Position numbers and translations under genes: made by a program
Shown here: in pieces, positions 19,700 to 30,208 of the stretch
Position numbering within the stretch: position 1 is the first letter of the stretch
How the letters are laid out: every line of letters begins with the position of its first letter
Notes under the pieces: generated by a model
Database searches by the model: none
What the model saw: the letters and a program-made list of their open reading frames with translations, nothing else
Told to the model about the DNA's origin: nothing
Assembly (NCBI GenBank): GCA_963717465.1
Contig: OY970340.1
Location: forward strand, 832,001-896,000
From: Candidatus Bathyarchaeota archaeon
GTDB taxonomy: Archaea; Thermoproteota; Bathyarchaeia; Bathyarchaeales; Bathycorpusculaceae
Direction of reading: 5' to 3'
DNA: 64,000 nt

Positions 19700-19867
19700 A
19701 CGTTATTTTCTGTACATGTTCTCGGCGCTCGGAATATTTATGGATAAGGCTAGGAACATTCGGGAAATTTTAAAGAGCGTAAGGCTTTTAGCTTATTTCC
19801 TTCCATGCTTTTCTTTCCCCCCACATTAAGAGAACTTAGAATATTTATGTGTTTTTAAAACTTGATA

Positions 19868-20254
19868 TTATATTAAATGCAAACTTAGTAAAGTAATAAT
19901 TAATCCTATTATTGCTATTATTAAGCCAACTGTCAGGGAAGCAATTAAGGTAATTATTTTATCATGGAAATTCCATTGTCTAGTTAGCCATTTCTTAAAG
20001 TCAATAGCCATAATTGTGATTGGAGCATGTCCTTCTTTTCGTTTAAACCTGATACAGTTTTTACTATATACGTTCGAATCGTTTAGACTAGCTTTAGAAT
20101 AAGCACAAGTTAATTCAACTTTTTCTTTGGGAACACTGCCTACCGTTGTAGCATATACACTCAACACGGTTCTCTTTTCAATTAATCGAGAGCAATTAGA
20201 ACAGTTTCTATTTTTGTCAAGATAATCGTAGAGTCTATTCAGTAATAGAGACAT
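19868..20254 (-). CDS. Small Cys-containing protein with a C-terminal TM helix
   Basis: CSNC..C..C plus hydrophobic tail; AT-rich gene. Confidence 0.55.
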   Translation of the reverse strand: MSLLLNRLYDYLDKNRNCSNCSRLIEKRTVLSVYATTVGSVPKEKVELTCAYSKASLNDSNVYSKNCIRFKRKEGHAPITIMAIDFKKWLTRQWNFHDKIITLIASLTVGLIIAIIGLIITLLSLHLI

Positions 20255-20260
20255 AGCCTT

Positions 20261-20455
20261 CTAAAGTCTTCTGATATTTCTTATTAGAGTTAATACAATG
20301 AAAATGCCCCAAATAAAACCAAAGATTACCAATATCGGCAAAGCAGCATTTGATAGATTTGCATTATTTATGTAAATGCCATAATAATACGCCAATAAAG
20401 ATACTGCTACTACAAACGCTAATAGGCTATGGGCTGTATAGGTAACTCGTGACAT
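20261..20455 (-). CDS. Small two-TM protein
   Basis: 64 aa, hydrophobic; TATA-like box about 25 nt upstream of the ATG. Confidence 0.55.
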   Translation of the reverse strand: MSRVTYTAHSLLAFVVAVSLLAYYYGIYINNANLSNAALPILVIFGFIWGIFIVLTLIRNIRRL

Positions 20456-20529
20456 GTATGTGTTTTAATTGTTAAAGGATAAATAAATTTTTCTATTAAA
20501 AGCAAAGAGAAGAGTAAAAGAGATGTTTA

Positions 20530-20739
20530 TTATTCCACTTTTAACATAGAGATTAATCGGAATAAACTTAAAGCTACTACAATCAATATTCCTAGCTGTA
20601 CGGCAAGTCCAACTGAAAGTATTCTTCCTTCAATAATATCATTCATCAACACTTCATAAGCCACTTGAATAAAGAATGCAAAGAGAGCACCTATAATTAG
20701 TAAATACAAGTCTCTTTCTTTTACTTTTATTTTATTCAT
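20530..20739 (-). CDS. Small two-TM protein
   Basis: 69 aa; TTTAAA about 25 nt upstream of the ATG. Confidence 0.55.
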   Translation of the reverse strand: MNKIKVKERDLYLLIIGALFAFFIQVAYEVLMNDIIEGRILSVGLAVQLGILIVVALSLFRLISMLKVE

Positions 20740-20789
20740 GTTAACGCTATTTCTACGCTTTACAGATTTAAAATCTGTGTTCTAAGGTC

Positions 20790-21119
20790 TCAAGTATCTT
20801 TCAGTTGTTTTTTTAATTCAATAAGTGATGGGAGAGTATCGCCTTTTTCTATCCTTTCTACTATTCTGTTGATTTTTTCTAATTGCATCTTTTGCTGTTT
20901 TCTCATGTAATCCAATATCCAGAACATAGCAATAAGAGTTAAAACAAAGGCTATAGAGCCAGCTATAAAATTTGTCTGGTAAATTCCAGCAGAAAAAAGC
21001 AGTAACCCAATTATGCCACCAGCAGCAAAAGCACTTAGAAAATTAAACCATGATTGATATTGATTATCTAGAATCTGAACTTTCTGGAGATCGACATCTC
21101 TGTTTGTCTTTTTAGCCAT
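20790..21119 (-). CDS. Two-TM protein with a charged tail
   Basis: 109 aa; CTTAAAT box about 25 nt upstream of the ATG. Confidence 0.6.
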   Translation of the reverse strand: MAKKTNRDVDLQKVQILDNQYQSWFNFLSAFAAGGIIGLLLFSAGIYQTNFIAGSIAFVLTLIAMFWILDYMRKQQKMQLEKINRIVERIEKGDTLPSLIELKKQLKDT

Positions 21120-21757
21120 GTAAGCTACTTCTGTTATGCAGATTTAAGACTTATTATTATGAAATGAATGCAAAAAGAATGGTAATTGCTACTAGTCTAA
21201 ACGAGTAAGTCTCTGTATCTGTTTCTATATGGAAAATTTTGAGAAAGATATTGGAAGCAATTCTATAATGCTATGTACTTTTTTACATAGCGTAGTAGTT
21301 TCTTTTCCAATAACCACTTCAAGCACACATATTTTATACTAGCTCCTTACGCTCTGCTCCACTCGCTAATAGTAAAAGCTAGAAGCTAGTGAGATATGGT
21401 TATTCTAGTTAAGAATATACTTGGTTTAAAATTGGCGACTTAGAGGGGTTAGGTACATGCGCACGTAGGAAAAAATAAAGGCTAAAACCGTTATCTTTCG
21501 TTTAGTCTTATTTTAACTAAATACTTAATATTTAAGCTTATTCATGTAAACTTGAGTATTTTCATAGTCGTTTATTATTGAAATAGGTAGTTTTGCTACC
21601 ATTCAGGCATAAGTAAATATTCTTAACAAAGATGGGGATATTCATTGGTTTTGCGCGAACTCTGGCGATAGTTTAATTCTCGATATATTGTTTTTTTCGC
21701 AATTTGTCTCTTAAAGAGCCCTTAGTATCTTGTTTCTTAATACACGGTGATTGTGGA

Positions 21758-22129
21758 ATGGCTTTCACATTTCGATTCACGTTGAACCCGTACCTGTTGA
21801 GTTCGGTTTTCGTTGTTCTTGGCACAATGGATTGCTTAACAACAGTCTTTGGGATCTTTTATCTTGGTGCCACCGAAGAGAATCCTGTTATCTCTGGCAT
21901 TGCAATGACTAATCTGCCCTTATTCGCCGTCATAAAGTTAGCTGCCACATTAGCTGTAGGCGTAATGGTTTATCAAGCGGAGAAGACTTTTCAAACAGTT
22001 GAAGACAAGACGAGCAAGTCATATAAATTTACCAGGGTAGGACTCAGAGTTGCCTATGTAGCTGCAATCGCATTCCTGTGTATTGTAGTATCGAATAACT
22101 TTACGGTTGTTTTCAAATTATTATCCTAA
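21758..22129 (+). CDS. DUF5658-like membrane protein
   Basis: DCLTT..G...GATEENP motif; GGTGA RBS before ATG 21758. Confidence 0.75.
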   Translation: MAFTFRFTLNPYLLSSVFVVLGTMDCLTTVFGIFYLGATEENPVISGIAMTNLPLFAVIKLAATLAVGVMVYQAEKTFQTVEDKTSKSYKFTRVGLRVAYVAAIAFLCIVVSNNFTVVFKLLS

Positions 22130-22148
22130 TTAATTAAGCACCAAAATA

Positions 22149-22520
22149 ATGTACTCTAAGAAGAGAGCAATGTCCAAGGAATTCTTTAAGCCACGAGTTG
22201 TTTGGCTAATACTTAACGGAAAAACTGAAGAAGCCCTCATCCTGCTTGCAGAAAACTATAAAGTAAGAACGCCAAGGCTGAAAGTGGGCCTTCCAAAAGG
22301 ACACAAGGCAAGAACGTATGGATGCTACACCTCCAAAAATGAGACTATTTCAGTGCTTAACAGCGACTTTTTTGCAAACCCCTTTGTAATACTTCACGAG
22401 TTCTACCATCATCTCCGCTCAAAATCCATCGATAAAGAACATAAGGGAACAGAAAAAAATGCTAACCAGTTCGCATTGGAATTCATAGAAGCATACAAAA
22501 AAGCAACTGCAATTTCCTAA
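22149..22520 (+). CDS. Small HExxH zincin-like protein
   Basis: ILHEFYHH followed by E..AN.FA. Confidence 0.65.
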   Translation: MYSKKRAMSKEFFKPRVVWLILNGKTEEALILLAENYKVRTPRLKVGLPKGHKARTYGCYTSKNETISVLNSDFFANPFVILHEFYHHLRSKSIDKEHKGTEKNANQFALEFIEAYKKATAIS

Positions 22521-22529
22521 GTGGGCAGT

Positions 22530-22997
22530 TTACGTTTGGGTTATTTGTACAGGAATTTTTTCTCCATGTGAATTGTAAGCTACTACATCATTGGGACTGT
22601 TGTAAGGGTACCCAACGATCATGAGAATTCGCCCAAAAAAATGATTAAAATCCACATCAGAAGGCGTCTTATTTCCAGACGGATGAGAATGCACCGTTCC
22701 AACCAATGAAAAATCCATTGGCAACATGTAAAAAGGATAATTAGCAAAACCGTGCCCATAAGTGGCAAGCGGCGGAACCAAGAGTTCAAGAACGCGAATC
22801 TCCTCCTTGCTTTTCTTGCCTCTAAGAAGTAAAATGGTTTCTTTAGGGTGAAGCATTTTTGCACCCTCAAAAATATTATCCAATAATTCCTGACTCATCG
22901 AAACAGCAGTTGTCTTAGCCAAACAAAACTCCCAACAATCATATAATAGCAGTTGCGAGATAAGTCTTTTATCAATAACAGAAATAAACAAGTGCAC
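22530..22997 (-). CDS. JAB/MPN (Mov34) metalloprotease; true start probably further downstream
   Basis: HPKE and GTVHSHPSG...PSDVD JAMM motif. Confidence 0.88.
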   Translation of the reverse strand: MHLFISVIDKRLISQLLLYDCWEFCLAKTTAVSMSQELLDNIFEGAKMLHPKETILLLRGKKSKEEIRVLELLVPPLATYGHGFANYPFYMLPMDFSLVGTVHSHPSGNKTPSDVDFNHFFGRILMIVGYPYNSPNDVVAYNSHGEKIPVQITQT

Positions 22998-23015
22998 TAA
23001 TTAAGTTAAAAAAGA

Positions 23016-23100
23016 GCCGGGATGGCAGAGTGGTTAACGCGCGGGCCTTGAGAGCCCGTGGATCTTCCGGTCCGCATGGGTTCGAATCCCATTCCCGGCG
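23016..23100 (+). tRNA. tRNA-Ser(TGA)
   Basis: GCCGGGA acceptor; CGGGC-CTTGAGA-GCCCG anticodon arm; long variable arm; G73. Confidence 0.95.
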
Positions 23101-23212
23101 CCTTCTGTTCACCAAAAGTTTAGTTGTTTTGTGTAGGTCTGCGAAGATCGGCAGGTTTATAAGATTTACTAACAATTAGTATAATTACAATTATGATAAT
23201 CGTAATTGTGAG

Positions 23213-23680
23213 ATGTGGCGATTGGTCTTCAAGGGTGAAATAGATAAACGAGTATTCGAGCTCATAACTGGCATCTACATCAGGTTTGAAAGGTTGGCAC
23301 AGCATCAGCTTCGGGAATTAAACATGACTTTCTCTCAGTTCAGAACCATGCTTATGTTATCTCAACGAGATAAAATGACTCAACGCGAGTTTGCCGACAT
23401 GATAGATACCGACACAACAACTGTCATGGTGCTATGCGATTCACTGGAGAAAAAGGGATGGTTGATAAGAATGCCCGATGCTACTGACCGCAGAGTAAAC
23501 AGACTGATCTTGACTGAAAACGGCCAGAAGGCTTTTTCTCAAGCTCTCCCTCTGATCCAGAAATTGTACAATGACTTTGCTTTGAATAACATCTCAAACA
23601 ATGAACTAGAAGCAGCTGTTGCAGCTTTAGAAAAACTGTTCCTAAACATCAACAACTGCTTAAAGCAAGCAAGAAACTAA
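23213..23680 (+). CDS. MarR family regulator
   Basis: MTFSQF..., LEKKGWLIR..DATDRRVNRLILT. Confidence 0.9.
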   Translation: MWRLVFKGEIDKRVFELITGIYIRFERLAQHQLRELNMTFSQFRTMLMLSQRDKMTQREFADMIDTDTTTVMVLCDSLEKKGWLIRMPDATDRRVNRLILTENGQKAFSQALPLIQKLYNDFALNNISNNELEAAVAALEKLFLNINNCLKQARN

Positions 23681-23694
23681 CCGAGACGAATCAA

Positions 23695-23922
23695 GTGACG
23701 AGCAACATAAAGAAAGTCATCTCCGCCATAATTCTTCTGGCCGTCTTCGGTGGATGGATTTATGCTGCAATCCTTACAGCAACGCCGTCGGAAAAAACGA
23801 GCGAGGTCTGCCTTCTGGGATATCATGCGCATTGTCCGTTTACGCCGATAAGCACTATAATTTGCGTTATCGCTGCTTTAATCACAATTTACGCTGCTGT
23901 AAAAATTGTTCGGAGGGAGTAG
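23695..23922 (+). CDS. Small two-TM protein with a Cys/His loop
   Basis: CLLGYHAHCPFTPIST between two TM helices. Confidence 0.65.
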   Translation: MTSNIKKVISAIILLAVFGGWIYAAILTATPSEKTSEVCLLGYHAHCPFTPISTIICVIAALITIYAAVKIVRRE

Positions 23923-23923
23923 A

Positions 23924-24061
23924 ATGATTGATAATCAAATCAGTTGTCCTTGTCCAAAAAAGAAGTGCCCAAGGCACGGAAAATGCCAAGAATGCCGAGA
24001 ATTTCATGGAAGAAAGAACAAGTTGCCTCGTTGCGAACGAAAATCCGTTAAGGTCTTTTAG
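23924..24061 (+). CDS. 45-aa Cys-rich probable metal-binding protein, not in the ORF track
   Basis: MIDNQISCPCPKKKCPRHGKCQECREFHGRKNKLPRCERKSVKVF; RBS GGAGGGAG. Confidence 0.7.
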   Translation: MIDNQISCPCPKKKCPRHGKCQECREFHGRKNKLPRCERKSVKVF

Positions 24062-24442
24062 GTCGGCGCTTAAGAACTGATTAGCTTTTAGCTATAGCAT
24101 TTGTAAAAGTTGTGAATTGGAAAATTGAAATCATGATTAGGTGCATTGATCGGGCTTACTAAGTATGACTGAAATTTAGTAGGTCAAATCAGTATTGTGC
24201 ATAGTTAAGTGTTTTTGTCTTAAAATTCTTTTGGTTTTTTGGTTTTTAATGATTTTTTGATTTAAATTCATCATTATTAAGAGCTATTGTATATGATTCG
24301 CTACTGCTTTAATATGTATTGTCAATAAGTAATGCTTAATAGGTTGTCTGATAAGTATATTGAATAATAAGACTCAAGAAATAATATGAGAGTTTAATCG
24401 CGGAAAAAAAATAATAAAATAAACGGGAGGGAAAAAATAAAA

Positions 24443-24685
24443 ATGAGTGTAGCAGAACTGAACAGCCTCATCACCGCAACAATATCACTGCTAAACCAAG
24501 TCGGCCCCCTTGTAACCCAAGTCACCCAATCCTACGTCTACCTGAACGATTTTCTCGGCTTGCTCTGGAACGCAGTCAGCACAGTAACAGGAATCGTAGG
24601 ATCTGTAATGGGATTCGTTGGAACTGTAACTGGATTCGTAACTGGAACCGTACACACCGTTGTACAATTCTTCGCAGGACTTTAA
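24443..24685 (+). CDS. 80-aa hydrophobic repeat-rich peptide
   Basis: Strong RBS GGGAGGGA; downstream hairpin; no Lys, Arg or Cys. Confidence 0.7.
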   Translation: MSVAELNSLITATISLLNQVGPLVTQVTQSYVYLNDFLGLLWNAVSTVTGIVGSVMGFVGTVTGFVTGTVHTVVQFFAGL

Positions 24686-24710
24686 TTGCCACATAAATTA
24701 ATGTGGCAAT
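24685..24710. terminator. Hairpin between convergent genes
   Basis: ATTGCCACAT-AAATTA-ATGTGGCAAT, perfect 10-bp stem. Confidence 0.6.
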
Positions 24711-24741
24711 CAATTTCTCCATAAAATAAAACATATTATCA

Positions 24742-26811
24742 TTAGCTCAGAAATGCTTCCATCTGTTCTGTACTATTTGTAGGAGGCAAACAAGTTTTGT
24801 CGCGACAAATATAAGCCGTTGCTTTCCCATCGATTTTCTTGTAACTTGTACCTATCACTTGCTTGCTTTCATGCATAAGAGAAATAATACTGTTGGGCTG
24901 AAAATTCTTTCGTAACACTCTAAGCATATCCAGTGTATCCACCTCGTTTATTTCACCTACTAAAACTACGCTAAATGCTGGCCCGACAGCAAAATCTACT
25001 CCGCAAAGGAAAAAAGTAAAAGCAGTAGGATGAGACTCAACATCTCTGAAAAAAACCTTTACGATTCTATCGGCATATCCTTCTAGATTGGATTCGTTGC
25101 TTATTCGTGCTAAACGGAGCAGGTTAAGCAGTGCAATCGAGGTGCCCGATGGAATAGCGTTATCGTAAGCTTGTTTCATTCGAGGAATCGTCTCTTTTGA
25201 GGTTTCAGGTGAAAAATAGAAGCCACCGTTAGTCTTATCCCAAAACTTTTCGATAAATGTCTTTGCTAAAACAAGCGATTTTTGCAGATATTTTTCTTCA
25301 AAACATGCTTCATAAACCTCGATTAGACCAAAGATTAAGAAGGCGTAGTCATCAAGAAAGCCTTCAACTGCCTTTTCACCTTTAGCAAAACGATGGAATA
25401 GCACGCCCTTATTGTCCGTCATGTTCTGCAGGATAAAATCTGAAGCTTTTATTGCTGCTTGAAGATACTTGGCTTCATTAAAAACTACGCTAGCTCTCGC
25501 TAAAGCTGCAATCATTAAACCGTTCCAATCAACAAGTATTTTATCGTCTTTTAAGGGGTGACCCCGTTTTTCCCTCGCCACAAAAAGCGCTTTTTTAATA
25601 TCTCCAAGCCTAGGCTCGTTTACCGTTAAATCAGCTTCTTTTACTAAACGTTCCAAAGGCAAAGTCAAGTGCAGGATATTCTTTCCAGTCCCCACTGCAT
25701 TTGGCTCATCATAATTTCCTTGGGCCTTAACATTAAAAAGCTGAATAGCTAAATCAGCATCTTCAGGCGGTAGAGCCTGGCGGATTTCATTTTCTGTCCA
25801 AAGATAGAATTTGCCTTCTTCACCCTCACTATCAGCATCTTCAGCAGAATAAAAACCCCCTTGAGGTGAAACCAATTCTCGGAAAACAAACTCAAAAATT
25901 TCTTCAGCAGCTTTCTTAAAGGCTATTTTGCCTGTGGCTTGGTAAGCTTCCGTGTAAGCTAAAGATAGCAATGCTTGATCATAAAGCATTTTTTCAAAGT
26001 GTGGGATAATCCATTGAGCGTCAGTGGAGTAACGGTGAACGCCGAAGCCGATTTGATCAAAAACTCCTCCAAAACGAATAGCCAGTAGCGTCTTTTCAAC
26101 CATGCTTAAAGCTTTTTTATCTCCCGTTCTCTTCCAATATCTTAAAAGAAAGAGCAACTGATGTGGCATTGGAAATTTCGGAGCACCACCAAACCCGCCA
26201 TTAATGGCATCAAAACGGCTGGCTAATTGTTCATAAGCTGCGGCAAGCACATTCTTGTCAAGTTCTTTTTCTGGAGCTCTAGCTTCTAACTCGATTAGTC
26301 TCTGGGCAACTTCTTCACCGATCTTTTCTAAATCTACTCTTTGTGTTTTCCATGCTTCCATAACCTGTGGGATAAGGTCAAGCATGCCTACTAAGTCATG
26401 ATGACTTTTCTTAGGAATGTAACTTGCGACGAAAAACGGTTGCTTATCCGGTGTCATCAGCACGTTTAGAGGCCAGCCACAGTTTCTCCCCATTGCTTGG
26501 CAAACTGCCATGTATGCACCATCAAGATCAGGCCTTTCTTCCCTGTCAACTTTTATGCATACAAACGCTTGATTCATCTTATCCGCTACTTCATCGTCGT
26601 TGAAGCATTCTTCTTCCATTACATGGCACCAATGGCATGTCGAGTAACCTATGGATACAAAAACAATCTTATCTTCAGCCTTTGCTTTCTCAAATGCTTC
26701 AACGCCCCACGGGTACCAGTCAACAGGGTTGTAAGCGTGTTGAAGCAAGTATGGACTTTTCTCATGGATAAGCCTGTTTGGCTTACGATCTTCTGATGGT
26801 TTATTTAACAC
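24742..26811 (-). CDS. Thioredoxin-domain protein, YyaL/SPATA20 family
   Basis: [47 protein letters not shown]. Confidence 0.93.
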   Translation of the reverse strand: MLNKPSEDRKPNRLIHEKSPYLLQHAYNPVDWYPWGVEAFEKAKAEDKIVFVSIGYSTCHWCHVMEEECFNDDEVADKMNQAFVCIKVDREERPDLDGAYMAVCQAMGRNCGWPLNVLMTPDKQPFFVASYIPKKSHHDLVGMLDLIPQVMEAWKTQRVDLEKIGEEVAQRLIELEARAPEKELDKNVLAAAYEQLASRFDAINGGFGGAPKFPMPHQLLFLLRYWKRTGDKKALSMVEKTLLAIRFGGVFDQIGFGVHRYSTDAQWIIPHFEKMLYDQALLSLAYTEAYQATGKIAFKKAAEEIFEFVFRELVSPQGGFYSAEDADSEGEEGKFYLWTENEIRQALPPEDADLAIQLFNVKAQGNYDEPNAVGTGKNILHLTLPLERLVKEADLTVNEPRLGDIKKALFVAREKRGHPLKDDKILVDWNGLMIAALARASVVFNEAKYLQAAIKASDFILQNMTDNKGVLFHRFAKGEKAVEGFLDDYAFLIFGLIEVYEACFEEKYLQKSLVLAKTFIEKFWDKTNGGFYFSPETSKETIPRMKQAYDNAIPSGTSIALLNLLRLARISNESNLEGYADRIVKVFFRDVESHPTAFTFFLCGVDFAVGPAFSVVLVGEINEVDTLDMLRVLRKNFQPNSIISLMHESKQVIGTSYKKIDGKATAYICRDKTCLPPTNSTEQMEAFLS

Positions 26812-26924
26812 GAAAAAGTTTCTCCTAAATAATAATAGAAAATCGTTTTAATTAATACACTGTAATTTTACTGTAATGTTATTTGTCTTTAAAGTGTTGG
26901 TGTTAAAAGGGAAAAAATGTGGTT

Positions 26925-27377
26925 CTAATATTCAATGCTTAAGTAAAGCAGAACCATCAATGCTGCAAATTCAAATATGTCAGGTATTAACACGAATGGT
27001 CCAAGTCCGAAGGGACGAAATCCAAAGACCCCTATGAAGAAAGGATTTGAAACCAAATCCTTCAGAAGGAGAGCTCCAGCAAATATTAGAAGTCCTATTG
27101 TGAATTCGGAACGTGTTTTTACATATATGCTTGCGTAGTTAACAATCAAGATTACTAAGAGAACTATGTTAATAGTGGACAGTATGGTGTTGGCAAGGTA
27201 GAAAAACTCAAAGTCGCCTGGAATGTAGCCTGTTGCTGGATGTGGCCTTTCAGCGAATGGAGAGACAGGTCCATTATAATAGACATATGCTGCCCACACA
27301 ATTATAGCTAGGGACACAAGGATTAAAGTCAGAATTATTAATTCACTTTTTTTATTCAATTTCATGCCAATTTGCAT
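26925..27377 (-). CDS. Membrane protein co-oriented with the ArsR regulator
   Basis: Four TM helices. Confidence 0.7.
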   Translation of the reverse strand: MQIGMKLNKKSELIILTLILVSLAIIVWAAYVYYNGPVSPFAERPHPATGYIPGDFEFFYLANTILSTINIVLLVILIVNYASIYVKTRSEFTIGLLIFAGALLLKDLVSNPFFIGVFGFRPFGLGPFVLIPDIFEFAALMVLLYLSIEY

Positions 27378-27395
27378 ACCATGATTCTTCCTTTT

Positions 27396-27719
27396 TTATT
27401 TTTTCCCGATTTTCTTCACAATCTCCTCAAACAGGGCATAATTGTCCTCCATAACTTGCGACAGAAAGTACGTAGCACCATACCTGTCACCTACAGAAGT
27501 GATAATTTTATTTTTCTCTAAAACATCTAAGTGATGCCTCATTGTCTTGTAATCCATTTTAAGACTTGTTGCGAGTTGATTGGCGTTTTGAGGAGTTTCC
27601 TTTAATATTTCAATCATTTTAGCACGAGTGGGTCCACCACGAGTACCTACAATTAACCATCCAAGTAGGTACTTTAATGAACGTGAAGGGCCAGACATTT
27701 TTTTGTTGCTCCATGCCAA
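27396..27719 (-). CDS. ArsR-type winged-HTH regulator
   Basis: GTRGGPTRAKMIEIL..PQNANQLA..LKMDYKTMRHHL.VL. Confidence 0.88.
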   Translation of the reverse strand: MAWSNKKMSGPSRSLKYLLGWLIVGTRGGPTRAKMIEILKETPQNANQLATSLKMDYKTMRHHLDVLEKNKIITSVGDRYGATYFLSQVMEDNYALFEEIVKKIGKK

Positions 27720-27789
27720 AGAGATTTGATGTTTTCAGTATGCAGACTTAAGTAATAAATAATTTCCCAAATGCAAAGCAAAATGGTAA

Positions 27790-27840
27790 AAATTAGGAGC
27801 CAAATTGGGTATAATTTTGAAAAATCGTTTAATAACTTTC
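27790..27840 (+). promoter_or_regulatory. Conserved promoter/operator block, copy 1
   Basis: AAATTAGGAGCCAAATTGGGTATAATTTTG...TTTAATAACTTT, similar to 28612-28662. Confidence 0.55.
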
Positions 27841-27885
27841 CGCCTACACGTTTTAGAGGGAACCAAGGAGGTGAATGAACAAGCA

Positions 27886-28485
27886 ATGAACACAAAAAGT
27901 AAAGCTTTAATCTTGCTGTCAATCGTCACGATAGCTGCAGTTGCAGTTGGCTTAGTTCTAGCAACACAAGCGTCATCTAAATCTGAAACGAGCAGTTCTG
28001 CTAATTCAAACGTAGCAACCACGACATCAAGCTCAACTGATGAAAATTCAAGTTTCCTAGGCACCGGAAACCTGCCTTGCTTTGGCAATGGAAACATGCT
28101 TGGAGGTTTAGCTAATGATAACGGAAATATGCTTGGAGGTTTTGCTGACCAACAAATGATGGGGGGATTCAATGGTTATGGCAATATTACGGTTAGTGAC
28201 GCCTTTAAAGAAAACGTAACCAGCATAGCAGAGAACGATACAGACGTGCAAACCTTGCTTAACGACGGCTATAACATCACCTCAATACAGCCGATAATAA
28301 CGACAACAATTGATGGAAACGGTTATGTTGTATCCCAAGCTACGAGTGCAATAGTGACTTTGCAGGAAAATTCAACCAGTACATCTGGAACGAGCACAAT
28401 TGGAACAGCTTTAGTATGGGTTGACCTGACACAAGCAAAAGTAACACGAATAGAGATTACAACAAATACACTTATTGAAAAATAA
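27886..28485 (+). CDS. Membrane-anchored Ser/Thr/Gly-rich exported protein
   Basis: RBS GGAGGTGA; N-terminal TM helix; NGNMLGG repeat. Confidence 0.75.
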   Translation: MNTKSKALILLSIVTIAAVAVGLVLATQASSKSETSSSANSNVATTTSSSTDENSSFLGTGNLPCFGNGNMLGGLANDNGNMLGGFADQQMMGGFNGYGNITVSDAFKENVTSIAENDTDVQTLLNDGYNITSIQPIITTTIDGNGYVVSQATSAIVTLQENSTSTSGTSTIGTALVWVDLTQAKVTRIEITTNTLIEK

Positions 28486-28611
28486 TTGACCACTTCGTGA
28501 TGCATTTAGCTGCAAGCTAAACTCTTTTCTTTTTTGTTTTCTATTTTTTCAAAACCTACCTCCTTTTTTTGTTCTCACTTATTTTAACCTTTTTTTTATT
28601 CAAACTTAATT

Positions 28612-28662
28612 AAATTAGGGATAGATTTGGGTATTATTCTGCAAATTATTTAAAAGCTTTTT
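28612..28662 (+). promoter_or_regulatory. Conserved promoter/operator block, copy 2
   Basis: AAATTAGGGATAGATTTGGGTATTATTCTG...TTTAAAAGCTTT. Confidence 0.55.
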
Positions 28663-28807
28663 TCCAACACAGCAGTAGCAAGACAATCAAGAAGTGAAAA
28701 GAATGAAAAACAAAAATTCAGCTACCTTCCAGAAGCATCCTCTCAAGCATCCCCTTCTCTTCAATTCCTTCTTGATTGTCGATTTTTCTGATTAATGGTG
28801 AAAGAAA

Positions 28808-30208
28808 TTGGGTATTGTCACAAGAGCAGTTAGAAATATTTCAAGAAGAAAAACGCGCGCATTATTAGTAATTATTGCTTTAGGTTTTGCCTTAGCAATA
28901 ATGATTTCGATCCCAGCAGGAGTCATCGCCAATCAACAAACAGAAAGCAAAGTAGTATCCACGCTTACAAATGCAGAAGCGGCGCTCAACCTAACCTCAG
29001 ACCAAATAACTTGCACTCTAGCTTCAAGTTCAGGAAGCTCCAATTTTCCTAACTTCACCGGATTTGGAGGATACAGTGGCAGTGCTTCAGGCTCTCGCCC
29101 TTCCTTTGGATTCGGGGGCGGCTCAGCATTCGGCGGTGGTGAAGCAACCGCCTTCAACGAAACAGAATACAGCGACATTAACGATACAATCCTTCTGACG
29201 AACGTATCAGCCGTCCAAACAGTGTTAGCGGTAGAAGAAGGACAAAACGAAACCTTTACGTTTAATGGAAACTCATTCACCCGTCTAGTGCCAAACTACA
29301 TTATAGAAGGCGTATCATTAACCTCAGACCTAATCGACAATGGTTACTCGACCTTACCCACAAACATTACCGAGGGAACAACCCTTCAAGCAGGAGAAAC
29401 AAATGAAGTGCTTCTTAGCGAAAACAACTCAAAATACTTCGGCGTAGGCGTCGGGAACACAGTTGACATCTTAGGAACAAACTTTACTGTTGTCGGCGTC
29501 TACACCCCCTCGAACGTTGAAGACACACAAGTACTATACATGAGCCTCTTAGATGCACAATCAATAACAAATGAAACGGATTACATAACTAGCTTCGTAG
29601 TCTTCGCCGATTCACCCTCAGACGTAAACACAGTAGTAACAGAACTGCAAAATCTGTATCCAGCTCTCAACGTAAACACCGCGGAAAGCATGTTATCCGC
29701 TGAAAATACCGAATTGGCTAGTGCTGAGAGTTCCCTCAGCTCAACCACTACTACCGCTCTTGAAGAAATAGTCATCGTTGTTGTAGCAACAAGCCTAATA
29801 GTACTGTTCGTAATGCTTTACACGGTAAAAGAAAGAACTAAAGAAATCGGGACACTCAAAGCCATCGGCTTCAGCAATAAAACGGTAATGGGGCAATTCA
29901 TGCTAGAAGGTGTATTTCTCAGCGTTATTGCAGGTATAGTCGGGATAGCAATTGGTTTCGTGGCGGCGCCTACATTAGCTTCAGCATTGCTACCAAGCGT
30001 TAGCTCAAGCTTTAGCAGAGCTGCAGGGTTCGGCGAATCCTTTAGATCAAGCACAACCGCAAGCACAACTACTACAACAGCTACTTTGACTCCTGAGCTT
30101 GTACTCATAGGTTTAGCCGTAGCCATCCTACTTGGAATAGTAGGCAGTTTGTACCCAGCTTGGAGAGCAGCAAAAATAAAACCAGCGGAGGCAATGAGGT
30201 ATGAGTAA
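28808..30208 (+). CDS. MacB/FtsX-like ABC permease
   Basis: RNISRRKTR, ERTKEIGTLKAIG, YPAWRAAKIKPAEAMRYE. Confidence 0.92.
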   Translation: MGIVTRAVRNISRRKTRALLVIIALGFALAIMISIPAGVIANQQTESKVVSTLTNAEAALNLTSDQITCTLASSSGSSNFPNFTGFGGYSGSASGSRPSFGFGGGSAFGGGEATAFNETEYSDINDTILLTNVSAVQTVLAVEEGQNETFTFNGNSFTRLVPNYIIEGVSLTSDLIDNGYSTLPTNITEGTTLQAGETNEVLLSENNSKYFGVGVGNTVDILGTNFTVVGVYTPSNVEDTQVLYMSLLDAQSITNETDYITSFVVFADSPSDVNTVVTELQNLYPALNVNTAESMLSAENTELASAESSLSSTTTTALEEIVIVVVATSLIVLFVMLYTVKERTKEIGTLKAIGFSNKTVMGQFMLEGVFLSVIAGIVGIAIGFVAAPTLASALLPSVSSSFSRAAGFGESFRSSTTASTTTTTATLTPELVLIGLAVAILLGIVGSLYPAWRAAKIKPAEAMRYE

